This document shows positions 7,395-16,179 of a stretch of 39,983 nt of DNA, in pieces. Under the pieces are notes generated by a model. It was not told where the DNA came from. It searched no databases and saw nothing but the letters and a program-made list of their open reading frames with translations. The stretch's first letter is position 1. Each line of letters begins with the position of its first letter. The stretch comes from a virus. Its lineage: Duplodnaviria > Caudoviricetes. The position numbers and the translations under genes were made by a program. The DNA lies in IMG/VR virus record IMGVR_UViG_3300017911_002256, positions 1 through 39,983 of that record; one strand, written 5' to 3'.

Positions 7395-7601
7395 TCAATC
7401 ATGATAATATTTCTCCTTGTCACTCTCCGATAACATTTTCTTAGGGATCTTCAAGGCGTAATATTCCATTTCAAAAGTTTCCATACTACAAATAAGCATC
7501 CTAGTTGCTGGGTTCTCCTTAACAAAGATTCGCCTAGGAGGTTGCAAGAGAAGCTTAATACAGTAATCATAGATTTCTTGGTTAATATCTATAGTTTCCA
7601 A
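7395..7601 (-). CDS. hypothetical protein
   Basis: 68-aa ORF in the operon. Confidence 0.5.
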   Translation of the reverse strand: METIDINQEIYDYCIKLLLQPPRRIFVKENPATRMLICSMETFEMEYYALKIPKKMLSESDKEKYYHD

Positions 7602-7885
7602 TTCTCACCCATGTCGCCTAAATCCATGACCTGTTGCTGGAACTGGCTCGGCTCTTCCTTCACAGGTTTACCTTGCAAGTAACCACCTTCAGGTTTATCT
7701 AGAAACTTAGGAACCTCATTTTCAAATATGGCAAGAGCTACAATTAACCCATTAGCCATACCGTGCATGTATTCAGATTGATCCCAATTCCCATTCATAC
7801 TTTGAAGTTGTACCACTTGCCTCAACTCGTTAAGTTTCTTAAGTGTAACCTCTCGTAAATCCTCTAACTCTTGTTCGCTATTCAT
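7589..7885 (-). CDS. hypothetical phage protein
   Basis: 98 aa containing GNWDQSEYMHGMANGLI; overlaps its neighbours. Confidence 0.6.
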   Translation of the reverse strand: MNSEQELEDLREVTLKKLNELRQVVQLQSMNGNWDQSEYMHGMANGLIVALAIFENEVPKFLDKPEGGYLQGKPVKEEPSQFQQQVMDLGDMGENWKL

Positions 7886-8093
7886 TTATTTCTTTCCTTC
7901 GATAATCGTCTAAGATCATCTCGCAATAATGTATTGCCTTCATGATATCTTTAGCGCCGCCTTTAGTTGCGTGCCGGCAGATGTATTTAATTACGTTCCC
8001 TTCTCGGTAAGGTATTCCATTTCTAACGATGAACTCCACTGGCTGAATATCCATCTCATAATGTTTAGGACATTCCTTTAAAGACTCACCCAT
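7878..8093 (-). CDS. DUF3310 protein (T7 gp1.7-like nucleotide kinase family)
   Basis: PKHY..IQPVEFI......EGNVIKYICR...KGG..DI.KAIHY is the DUF3310 signature. Confidence 0.8.
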   Translation of the reverse strand: MGESLKECPKHYEMDIQPVEFIVRNGIPYREGNVIKYICRHATKGGAKDIMKAIHYCEMILDDYRRKEINE

Positions 8094-9276
8094 CAACAAT
8101 CTCCTTAGCTATTTTCGATTTATGTTTAAGTTTATCGTGTATGTACCAATCAAGTTTGGAGGCATACATATAATAGTAAAAGCACGTACTCTTTTGCCCT
8201 ATCCGATGAATTCTCTTCTCAGCCTGCGCCATCTCTGAAGGGGTGTAGTTAAAATCATTAATGATCATGTGGTTACATGATGTGAGATTAACTCCTACGT
8301 TCAAACATGGGATGGTTGCAACGATAACTTTAATTGTACCAGCGTTGAACGCTTTAACAATTTTATCTCGATCCACATTACTCTGACCGTGAATAGGTTT
8401 AACTTTAAAAAGTTCAGCTAATCTCTCACAGGATTTTATATGATCCGTAAAAACGACTAAAGAGTTACCTTCCTCCAAGATCTGGCTACCTAACTCAAAC
8501 GTGGATTGAGCTTTTTCGACGGCATTAACCAACTTGAAACTAGCCATATTCCGAGACAAGGAGTTCTCATTTAAATAAATATCAACTTTAGCTTTAAGCT
8601 CGTCATCGTCGTGATCATCGATGATGATCTCTCGGTAAACCTTCTCCGGGAGGTCGATAACATCTTTAGTCTTTTTCCTAATAGCGCATGTACGTACCAG
8701 ATCACTTAGTTCTTTAGCGCGCTTAAGTCCTTCAAACCTTGTGATCTTGCGCCCTCGGATATTAATAACTTCTTTGTGTGTAAACCTATTACAATACTGC
8801 CAATAGTTGTAGGGCATTTTGTCTTGCAGGACTGTTTTTAGTATCGCCCAAAAATCAGTCACCCTATTTTTAATAGGTGTGCCTGTTAAGCCTATAAAGT
8901 AACGAGGTTTCCCGAGACTTAAGAGAGCGTAAACCCTCTTAGTTCTCTGCGCATCTTTATTTTTACAGTAATGAATCTCATCGACCAGTATTGAATCAAA
9001 ATCATTAGACCTTATTTTCTTTAATCCTTCATAAGATGTGATTGTGAAATTACCGCCTTTAGTCCATTTCTTTATCTCATCTCTCCAATTATTTCGAAGA
9101 AAAGCAGGGCAAACGATTAGAGTTTTAGAACACCCCTTTATGGAATGAAGGGCGACTAAACTTTTCCCGAGACCTTGTTCTGCCATACATAAAGACCACT
9201 TCTTTTCACGATGGAAATTTATAAGTTCTTTCTGGTACGGGTAAGGGTCGCCTATTGGGATAATCCCATTCATCAT
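8086..9276 (-). CDS. SNF2-family (SF2) helicase
   Basis: EQGLGKS, VCPA, DEIH, LTGTPIKN, GVNLT, QAEKRIHRIGQ. Confidence 0.9.
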   Translation of the reverse strand: MMNGIIPIGDPYPYQKELINFHREKKWSLCMAEQGLGKSLVALHSIKGCSKTLIVCPAFLRNNWRDEIKKWTKGGNFTITSYEGLKKIRSNDFDSILVDEIHYCKNKDAQRTKRVYALLSLGKPRYFIGLTGTPIKNRVTDFWAILKTVLQDKMPYNYWQYCNRFTHKEVINIRGRKITRFEGLKRAKELSDLVRTCAIRKKTKDVIDLPEKVYREIIIDDHDDDELKAKVDIYLNENSLSRNMASFKLVNAVEKAQSTFELGSQILEEGNSLVVFTDHIKSCERLAELFKVKPIHGQSNVDRDKIVKAFNAGTIKVIVATIPCLNVGVNLTSCNHMIINDFNYTPSEMAQAEKRIHRIGQKSTCFYYYMYASKLDWYIHDKLKHKSKIAKEIVDG

Positions 9277-10109
9277 GTAGCCCTATCAATCACTTCTATT
9301 TCCGAGTAACACTTACCGTGACATTGACTCCAATACTCACAGGGACGAAAATAGCTATCACAATAGTTAAAGTTTTTTCTCGGCTCAGCTCCTTCGTGGA
9401 GTTCCATAGCACGTGAATGCAGTTGAGTATGTCTTTTAAAAACTTGATCAGGTTTCATATTATTTATAGGTACGAAATAATCATGAAACTTAGCAGAATC
9501 CGCTACTCGTAGAACATAGTCATTGTACCCTTCAGTTTTTTTACGTTTAATTCTTGGTTTTGTAACCACTCGGTATCCGCAACCTTGAAACTTATCAAGA
9601 TCAAGCCCTAGATTTAAAGCGATCTCGGGAGCAAAGTACGCATATAAATTCAATTGTATATTTTGAGGGAGTTTCTTAATTGTGGTGTCATAGATAGCAC
9701 TCGCAGTCTTAAGATCAAAAATAATCCAATTACCCTCAGCATCCTTTGAAATTAAATCGATAAACCCATAGAGAACTTCATGTTTAATTTCAAATTCACA
9801 ATGGACGCATTCGAGTCCATCATCCTTCGTCCCCCGTAAATATTTAAGAACCATACCATGAACAAGTGCAACCTGATCATCAGTTAGCATGTAATCCTCC
9901 TTCACTGTTTCCAGTAAAGGAGCGATTGACTCAGGCTTTTTATGAAGGCTCATCTCTAAAATATAGTGAAAAGCCTTACCGATATTAAACGCTGTATAAT
10001 TATCCTCAAAATCAGGATCTTTTTCAGTCTTAAGAACCTTGTAATGAGCGTACCTCTGCTCACAACCTAGCAAGAGGTTGGAGCTGCTATAGCTTAATGT
10101 TAAACTCAT
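9273..10109 (-). CDS. PD-(D/E)XK nuclease (RecB/Cas4-like exonuclease)
   Basis: LSYSS, GKAFH, E...GFIDLI...IFDLKT, QLNLY; C-terminal Cys residues (C...PCEYWSQC) plus an N-terminal Cys suggest an Fe-S cluster. Confidence 0.85.
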   Translation of the reverse strand: MSLTLSYSSSNLLLGCEQRYAHYKVLKTEKDPDFEDNYTAFNIGKAFHYILEMSLHKKPESIAPLLETVKEDYMLTDDQVALVHGMVLKYLRGTKDDGLECVHCEFEIKHEVLYGFIDLISKDAEGNWIIFDLKTASAIYDTTIKKLPQNIQLNLYAYFAPEIALNLGLDLDKFQGCGYRVVTKPRIKRKKTEGYNDYVLRVADSAKFHDYFVPINNMKPDQVFKRHTQLHSRAMELHEGAEPRKNFNYCDSYFRPCEYWSQCHGKCYSEIEVIDRAT

Positions 10110-10112
10110 GGC

Positions 10113-10547
10113 TTACTCTAAGTTATCAAGATCAGTTGTATCGACTTTAACCTCTGATTTCTCGGACTTAACTTCCGGGATTTCAGCAGATGGCTCAGCT
10201 TCAATAAGAAGTTCAACATTGAATCTATTAACAGGTTTACCTTTATAGATCCCTGAATCTAAAACTTCTTTACCTTCGTAAGTAACTCGAACAACGTCAC
10301 CAACATTAACATTGTTGTTAATAAGGTAATCAAGTTGTCCACTTGAAGGAAGAACGATTATTTGTCGTCCTTTAATTTCAAACTTGTGATTAGGCTTGTC
10401 TTTGTTGAACTTGTTTGGATACTCACCTCTGTAAAACCCAGCTACAAGAACTTGTCCGTCTTCACATTCTGTGTACTTAATGAATTTTGGTGTCCCTAAA
10501 GATGTGCCTTGGATTTCGTCTAGGTTGATTTTGTCTAAATCGATCAT
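10113..10547 (-). CDS. putative single-stranded DNA-binding protein
   Basis: Beta-rich OB-fold-like core with an acidic C-terminal tail, lying between pol and nuclease; AGGGG RBS before ATG 10547. Confidence 0.55.
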   Translation of the reverse strand: MIDLDKINLDEIQGTSLGTPKFIKYTECEDGQVLVAGFYRGEYPNKFNKDKPNHKFEIKGRQIIVLPSSGQLDYLINNNVNVGDVVRVTYEGKEVLDSGIYKGKPVNRFNVELLIEAEPSAEIPEVKSEKSEVKVDTTDLDNLE

Positions 10548-10609
10548 GTGTTCCCCTTTGTTGTTTTGTTGTGTTCGTGTTTCCCTCACAACTTTATATT
10601 AAATTACCT

Positions 10610-12655
10610 TCAGGATTGAAAGTACTTTTTGAATTTTTCATACTCGGATTTTCCCCGAGGGTCTATGTAGATATTTTTAGTTTCAACGGATCTTCCCTTA
10701 GGGGTTTTCACTTCACCTTCCTCTAGTTCTGATCCCCAAGCAACGGGATCAAGTCTCATTAACTGAGTCGCGATAGTGGATAAAGGTTCCTTAAATGGGT
10801 AACCACAGGCTTCTATCATTTTATCGTGAATAGTATCAACTGAACCCCAATCATTTATTTCAACTTCGCAATAAAGAGCATCGTGGAGTGGGAACAAAAC
10901 ATCAATCCCCGCATCCTGACACAACGCTATGGCTCTACGGGCTATCTCTGCACCACAACCTTGGAGTGGAAAGTTACCAACAGATAAAGAGTTGATGTTA
11001 TCTCCAAACATCGTCCAACCATCTGATAGCCTAAGCATCTCATCTTCGGGATACGTTATGTATTTTAGATCTTTAGAAAAATTAGCGTAATTAGGGTAAG
11101 CTTGCATGAAGAGTTCTTTGTATTCTTGTCCTTCCTCCTCACTAACTTCTTTACCGAGTCGTTGACTAAGGTTTACAGCTAAAGACTTAGCACCCATCCC
11201 GTAACCCATGGCAAGGGTTACCGCTTTAAAAAGGTTTCTCTCTTTTGAGTATTTTTCCTTTGTCCCATCCCAGGGAACGGCACCCGCGAGCTTGGCAAAA
11301 TAAAGGTAAACATCCCCAGACTTATAAGCTTTTAACATAGCCTTATCTTTGGAAAGTAAACCTTGAAGTAAAAACTCTTGAGATGCGTAGTCCATCCCAA
11401 CAATCATTTTACCTGGGCGGGGTTGAACTATCCCTCTTGTCCAAGCAGATTTCAAAAATATAAACTGAGCTGCTTTTGGTTGGTATCTACTAGTTTGCGA
11501 GCCATAAGGGTTCAGATATGCTCTACACCTATCGTCGCTCCCTACAAAATCAATAAGGTATTCGGTGTCCTTTGTAGGGCTTTTAGGAGTTCTAAATCCA
11601 CTCATAGATTTAATGAAATGTTTATAGCGCATAAACTGAGCGCCTAGGTTGCCTTGAGGGTAGTCGTGTTTGTAGTTCCAAAACTTCTCGATAACTTCAG
11701 TAGCTAGTGAGTATTGCCCCTCGGGAAACATTTTAGTCGGAGCCGACTTATCCCATTTATCCGCATAGGGTTGAGATTTTATGTAATCTTTAATCGTCCT
11801 CTGTCTTAATTGGTAATCCTTAACGGTAGGTGTTTCCACATTCTTTCTTTTTAAAACAAACGGAGGATTGTCGGGAAATTGAGAGTTTATGTCCTCAATT
11901 ATTTCAAGCTCGAGAAGACCTACGTTTTTAGTTAGGTTAACAACCCAGTCACGATTAACAGGATAACCAAGCCTGGTCATCTTCGCTACACGTGCAACCG
12001 TCTCCCCTCTCCACAATAATTCATCTTTTGAGAGAATGCCTTTTTTCTTATAAAAAGACGCTATCTTAGCAAGGGCAGGTTTTAGGTACTGAACATCATC
12101 CGCACAGTAATCCATTATTATCTTTTTATTCTCTTCAATCTCTTCACGATTAGCTCGAATAATAATATCCCGAACACCTTTATCTAAAACAACACCGAGA
12201 AGGAAATAAACACATCCAGCAAGATTCTTTGGCGGCGGTGAACTATTGTGCGTTTCTTGGTAACGCTCGATTTCCTCTTTTGTATAGTTCCACTTGTTAA
12301 GAGGCGGTGAGGTTTTAACCTTCTTACCTTTAATTAAATGATTCCCATATTCAAATTCATGGTTTTGGTTACAAACCATTTTCCATTCAACTTGAAGATC
12401 GATCCATTTAAACTTTTCATGTTTAAGTCCAAGAGAAATGAAAGAGCCTGCCTCCGCGTCAACATTGAACGCTAAGAAAATATAACCTTGTTCGTTAAGG
12501 TCATTTAACCGACTAACAAGTTTAGCCTTTCCCTCATCACAATAATACGTCCAATAGTTTTCTGTTTTACCTTCAACTAAAAGAGAGCAACAAACCACAT
12601 TGAGAATAGGTTCCGCTGTGTCGTGGAATTCAAAGTCGATTGATACTAACTTCAT
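10610..12655 (-). CDS. polA: family A DNA polymerase with 3'-5' exonuclease
   Basis: Exo motifs IDFEF / FNVDAE / YCADD; SQTSR; motif A MDYASQE; motif B RNLFKAVTLAMGYGMG; NFPLQG; motif C LHDALY. Confidence 0.92.
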   Translation of the reverse strand: MKLVSIDFEFHDTAEPILNVVCCSLLVEGKTENYWTYYCDEGKAKLVSRLNDLNEQGYIFLAFNVDAEAGSFISLGLKHEKFKWIDLQVEWKMVCNQNHEFEYGNHLIKGKKVKTSPPLNKWNYTKEEIERYQETHNSSPPPKNLAGCVYFLLGVVLDKGVRDIIIRANREEIEENKKIIMDYCADDVQYLKPALAKIASFYKKKGILSKDELLWRGETVARVAKMTRLGYPVNRDWVVNLTKNVGLLELEIIEDINSQFPDNPPFVLKRKNVETPTVKDYQLRQRTIKDYIKSQPYADKWDKSAPTKMFPEGQYSLATEVIEKFWNYKHDYPQGNLGAQFMRYKHFIKSMSGFRTPKSPTKDTEYLIDFVGSDDRCRAYLNPYGSQTSRYQPKAAQFIFLKSAWTRGIVQPRPGKMIVGMDYASQEFLLQGLLSKDKAMLKAYKSGDVYLYFAKLAGAVPWDGTKEKYSKERNLFKAVTLAMGYGMGAKSLAVNLSQRLGKEVSEEEGQEYKELFMQAYPNYANFSKDLKYITYPEDEMLRLSDGWTMFGDNINSLSVGNFPLQGCGAEIARRAIALCQDAGIDVLFPLHDALYCEVEINDWGSVDTIHDKMIEACGYPFKEPLSTIATQLMRLDPVAWGSELEEGEVKTPKGRSVETKNIYIDPRGKSEYEKFKKYFQS

Positions 12656-14172
12656 AGCGAATCTATTAGGTTATCAAGGTTAGCATCATCACTAGACGGT
12701 TCAGGGAGAGCAACAAGGTCAGTGTTAACTTTAATTTTAAACTTACCTTCATACTTAACCCATTCACCTAGAAAGTGCTTACCTTCATGAAGATAGTCAT
12801 CAAGAAAATCTTTAACCTTTTTAGGTTTTAGAAACTTATCTGCGTCCTTTCCATTGTCTTTAATGTTTTTCTTCTTAAGTTCCTTCCAATCAAGGTATCT
12901 CTCTTTAGCCTCTAAAACATTTTCAACGACAAAAGACTGCCAACCCCTCAAATTAACCGAAACCGCCTTATGAAAAGTATCAGTTATAAAAGCATCCTCT
13001 TCATTAAAATCAGGGTCATCTTCTCTCTGGATTAACCAATTACCCAACTCCGCTATATTCTTCTTGTTTCTAAAAATATCAACATATTTTCGTATCTTAT
13101 CTTTACCCCAAGTAAGCCTAAGTTTGTCTTTCCCAATTTCAGGGATAAAAAACCGCCTGTCATCAAACTCAATGTAAATGTCATCTAAAGAATTGTTGGC
13201 AATAACTACAGAATAAAAAATACGTTGTTGTTGGGTGTCTTGTCTTTTTTTCTCAATTCCTTGCCAAGCATTAGGTAGTCTCTTTAAATCCTTTTTAGCT
13301 TCATCGTTGGTTGCTTTAATCTCGTCAATAAAAAGCAAACGATTATTTTCCAAAACATCTTGAAACCCACCCTTGAAAAAGTTCTTAGCTGGTTTGGCAA
13401 AATACTCCCTCCCAACAAGGTGGGTTAGGATTTCTTCAACGAATATGTTTTTACCCACACCTTTACCTCCAAGAAGTACAAGCATATGGGATACTCGATA
13501 AAGAATTGCGTGTTTCAAAAAGGTATAAATAAGTGATCTTTCCTTCTCGACAGGAAATAGGAATTCAAAAAACTCTTCATATTCAGGCGCTATTTTAGCC
13601 TCGTAATCCTCAAGCCTCCATTTTGGTGGTCGGTAAGTGTTGAGTTTAACTGCCTCAACCCCGTCGATATTTGTGGTTTGATATAAAGAAAGATCAATAG
13701 GGTCATAGTCTAGATAAGCAGGTTTAAAGAACCCTTCAACTTGCATAGCTGAAATTATCTTAGCGCCATGGATGACCTTAAAAGCCCTATAAGTAGTTTC
13801 CGCTATTTTGTTGCGCTCACTATCCCAGAGAATAACATCTGCGTTACGAACATCAACAAACGGGATTAGTTTATTATTAGAAGCGAATTCTTCAAACTTA
13901 CTAGGCTCAGAATTTTCTTTTTCGAATTCTTCTTGAGCATTGGCAAGATAGTTTAAAACCTTTGATTTAAAATCCGATTTCTTGGACTCTTTAAACACTT
14001 CGGCAGCATCAGGAAACTCCGAGTCCAAGATATAGGCAGCATCGCATATAGTAGAAACTATATTACTGATCATCTTAGGGGTATGTTGAAAGACTATTCT
14101 TTTCTTCCCCACATTAAATTTAATGGTTTTATTGTCGATGAAATACTCGACGTATTTTTCGATAAGATTCAC
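12652..14172 (-). CDS. SF3 (D5/DUF5906-like) replicative helicase
   Basis: Walker A GGKGVGKN, Walker B LLFIDE, motif C IANN, DDRRF; GTG start with a GGGGG RBS. Confidence 0.85.
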   Translation of the reverse strand: MNLIEKYVEYFIDNKTIKFNVGKKRIVFQHTPKMISNIVSTICDAAYILDSEFPDAAEVFKESKKSDFKSKVLNYLANAQEEFEKENSEPSKFEEFASNNKLIPFVDVRNADVILWDSERNKIAETTYRAFKVIHGAKIISAMQVEGFFKPAYLDYDPIDLSLYQTTNIDGVEAVKLNTYRPPKWRLEDYEAKIAPEYEEFFEFLFPVEKERSLIYTFLKHAILYRVSHMLVLLGGKGVGKNIFVEEILTHLVGREYFAKPAKNFFKGGFQDVLENNRLLFIDEIKATNDEAKKDLKRLPNAWQGIEKKRQDTQQQRIFYSVVIANNSLDDIYIEFDDRRFFIPEIGKDKLRLTWGKDKIRKYVDIFRNKKNIAELGNWLIQREDDPDFNEEDAFITDTFHKAVSVNLRGWQSFVVENVLEAKERYLDWKELKKKNIKDNGKDADKFLKPKKVKDFLDDYLHEGKHFLGEWVKYEGKFKIKVNTDLVALPEPSSDDANLDNLIDSL

Positions 14173-14245
14173 GGTTACCCCCTAGTCCCCTGATAACAAT
14201 CTTACGACTGTCATCCGCTAGCGATAGGAGACAACCGTGGAGAGA

Positions 14246-14274
14246 GTTATAGAAAAACGAAGAGCATATGTCAA
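14246..14274 (-). promoter_or_regulatory. near-consensus sigma70 promoter for the replication operon
   Basis: The - strand reads TTGACA-N17-TATAAC, ~75 nt upstream of the helicase start. Confidence 0.75.
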
Positions 14275-14279
14275 AACTG

Positions 14280-14610
14280 AAAAAATGGGAACTTTAAGGG
14301 AATATACTTAGAATTTATGACGCACAAAGTGTTGACTAAACGTAATTTATTACTTATTGTTATTTGCATAACAATAAGTGGCGAAAATAAAAAAACGAAT
14401 CCTAATACATTAAAGTTTTTATATATTATATATTACCTACAAAAACTTTTTTTTGAGAAAAAACTTTTTATTTTTGTGTTTTTTTGCCCCAAACGGTGTG
14501 TCAAAACTGTTTTTAGTGGTAATTTAAATGAATTTTGTGGGATTGTTGCTGAATTTATGTGTGGTAAACTCATAAGAGGATTATACTAAACTCTTTATAA
14601 GTTTACCAAT
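14280..14610. other. AT-rich non-coding region, candidate replication origin
   Basis: Perfect 12-bp inverted repeat ACTTATTGTTAT-ttgc-ATAACAATAAGT (14352-14379), TATATATTATATAT tract, long A/T runs, imperfect hairpin 14562-14608; adjacent to the helicase gene. Confidence 0.5.
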
Positions 14611-14613
14611 CAA

Positions 14614-15477
14614 TCAGAATTGAATATCTAATTTAAGACCTGTGACGATGCCTTCAACTCTTTGGTCTAAACTAATATCCTCTATATCTAAATCAAACTT
14701 AGTTGATTTAATGGCATCCCGATAAAGTGTAATCATGACATCAGGTTTAACTGTAAACTTTAAACCAAAAGTATTGGTACCTATTTGCTCAGAGCTGAGT
14801 GTTTCTCTAATACCATCTTTCTCATAAACTTGTTTACTAGGAGTGATAGCGCCAAAACCTATAAAGGGGGTAACTTTATCAGATAATGAATATTGGGCGT
14901 TAAGATTATACCCACTCATATTATAAGCACTTGAGTACTTGCCTTTAGAAATATCAGCGTAATTGTACTTAAATTGAACCTGAAGAGCTTCTTTAGTGTA
15001 AACGCTACTTAACGATAGCTCAGTACTAGAGAAGTCATTGGAAGCCTTATTCTCGTCGTAAACATCAGCAAATTGATGACTAATATCAGTCTTAAATGAA
15101 AACTCATTAACTTGATGTAAATAAGAAAGTGATAACCCTAAGTTCTCACCTTGTTTCAATGATGAATTTTCAAACAGATCTAGGTTATGCTCATCACCTG
15201 TGACAAGGAACTCTTGCCTATAAGCTTGAGCGTTAATGCCTAGTGAAAAGTTATCTGTGATTCCATAGTTAACTTCTAATCTCTCAGACTTATCAATAGT
15301 TGATGTTTCAGCTAGGTCTATCCCCTTATAAGTTAATTCATAATCAGTAACAGCGGTATACGCATCAATACTTACCTGAGTCTTCTTAGCCTTAGGTTGG
15401 TAGTTGAAATCTCTAAGCCCACTCGCTTGGAGAGTTGAGAGGGTAAGAGGTAAAGCGATTAGTGCTAGTGTTTTCAT
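14614..15477 (-). CDS. outer-membrane beta-barrel protein with signal peptide
   Basis: MKTLALIALPLTLSTLQA signal peptide; alternating amphipathic strands with aromatic residues; C-terminal GLKLDIQF is BAM beta-signal-like; AAAGGA RBS. Confidence 0.75.
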   Translation of the reverse strand: MKTLALIALPLTLSTLQASGLRDFNYQPKAKKTQVSIDAYTAVTDYELTYKGIDLAETSTIDKSERLEVNYGITDNFSLGINAQAYRQEFLVTGDEHNLDLFENSSLKQGENLGLSLSYLHQVNEFSFKTDISHQFADVYDENKASNDFSSTELSLSSVYTKEALQVQFKYNYADISKGKYSSAYNMSGYNLNAQYSLSDKVTPFIGFGAITPSKQVYEKDGIRETLSSEQIGTNTFGLKFTVKPDVMITLYRDAIKSTKFDLDIEDISLDQRVEGIVTGLKLDIQF

Positions 15478-15494
15478 GTTTTGTTGTCCTTTTG

Positions 15495-15656
15495 TTATTT
15501 ATAGAGTTCCTTTTCGATCATATAATCGATAAATCTTTGAACGCTGCCATATTTCTTTATTATCTTCTCTTTATCCTCATCATATATACGTATAGAGGTT
15601 GTCTTCTTCTGATATCTATTAATCTTTTTTAATAATTTAGTGTCTTTGGGATTCAT
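15495..15656 (-). CDS. ribbon-helix-helix (CopG/Arc-like) DNA-binding protein, 53 aa, absent from the ORF track
   Basis: MNPKDTKLLKKINRYQKKTTSIRIYDEDKEKIIKKYGSVQRFIDYMIEKELYK*: beta strand TTSIRI, helix, G-S turn, helix; AAGGA/AGGA upstream. Confidence 0.65.
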   Translation of the reverse strand: MNPKDTKLLKKINRYQKKTTSIRIYDEDKEKIIKKYGSVQRFIDYMIEKELYK

Positions 15657-15688
15657 TCCTATATTCCTTATTGATACAATAATATTAG

Positions 15689-15731
15689 GTATTGAATAAA
15701 AAGCAATACATTTGTATTACATATGTAATAC
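15689..15731. promoter_or_regulatory. palindromic operators in the divergent promoter region
   Basis: GTATTG-N9-CAATAC (15689-15709) and the perfect 18-bp palindrome GTATTACATATGTAATAC (15714-15731); the first overlaps a - strand TTGCTT-N16-TATTAT promoter candidate. Confidence 0.6.
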
Positions 15732-15801
15732 TTTTATGGTGGGATATAAATAGTTTCAAGAGTATAGGTGATGACTCAAGTTGTCACGGTAGGGTGTAAT
15801 A

Positions 15802-16179
15802 ATGAAAACGAGTAAATATAAAAAAGAATACTGCGAACAATTAGTCGAGCACATGGCTAAGGGTTTTAGTTTTATCACCTTTGGGGCAATTATTAATGTT
15901 GGTAAAACTACATTGGAAGATTGGGCACGTAAACATGATGACTTTGCCGCCGCCAAGGAATTAGGGGAGATGAAATCCCAAATCTTTTATGAGGATAAGG
16001 CTCAAAAGAAGGTTTCCGAGCTATTAGATAAAGATAGCCAGGCAACTATTGACGGTCAGATGCTTCAATTTCTTATGCGTAGTCGGTTTAGAGATCAATA
16101 TACAGAACGAAAAGAGATCCATGCCAAGGTTGAAAAGCTTGAAGATTTAATCTTCTCTCAATTGGATAACGATGAGTAG
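15802..16179 (+). CDS. terS: terminase small subunit
   Basis: SKYKKEYCEQLVEHMAKG.S...HTH...W...H.DF..A; overlaps terL. Confidence 0.8.
   Translation: MKTSKYKKEYCEQLVEHMAKGFSFITFGAIINVGKTTLEDWARKHDDFAAAKELGEMKSQIFYEDKAQKKVSELLDKDSQATIDGQMLQFLMRSRFRDQYTERKEIHAKVEKLEDLIFSQLDNDE

Noticed and set aside
9273-10109. Cas4 / CRISPR system
   Set aside because: No array or other cas genes; such nucleases are common in phage replication modules.
14476-14504. Second TTGACA promoter on the - strand
   Set aside because: No -10 element at 16-18 nt spacing.
14317-14589. 90-aa ORF on the + strand
   Set aside because: Low-complexity translation of A/T tracts, no RBS; more likely non-coding control DNA.
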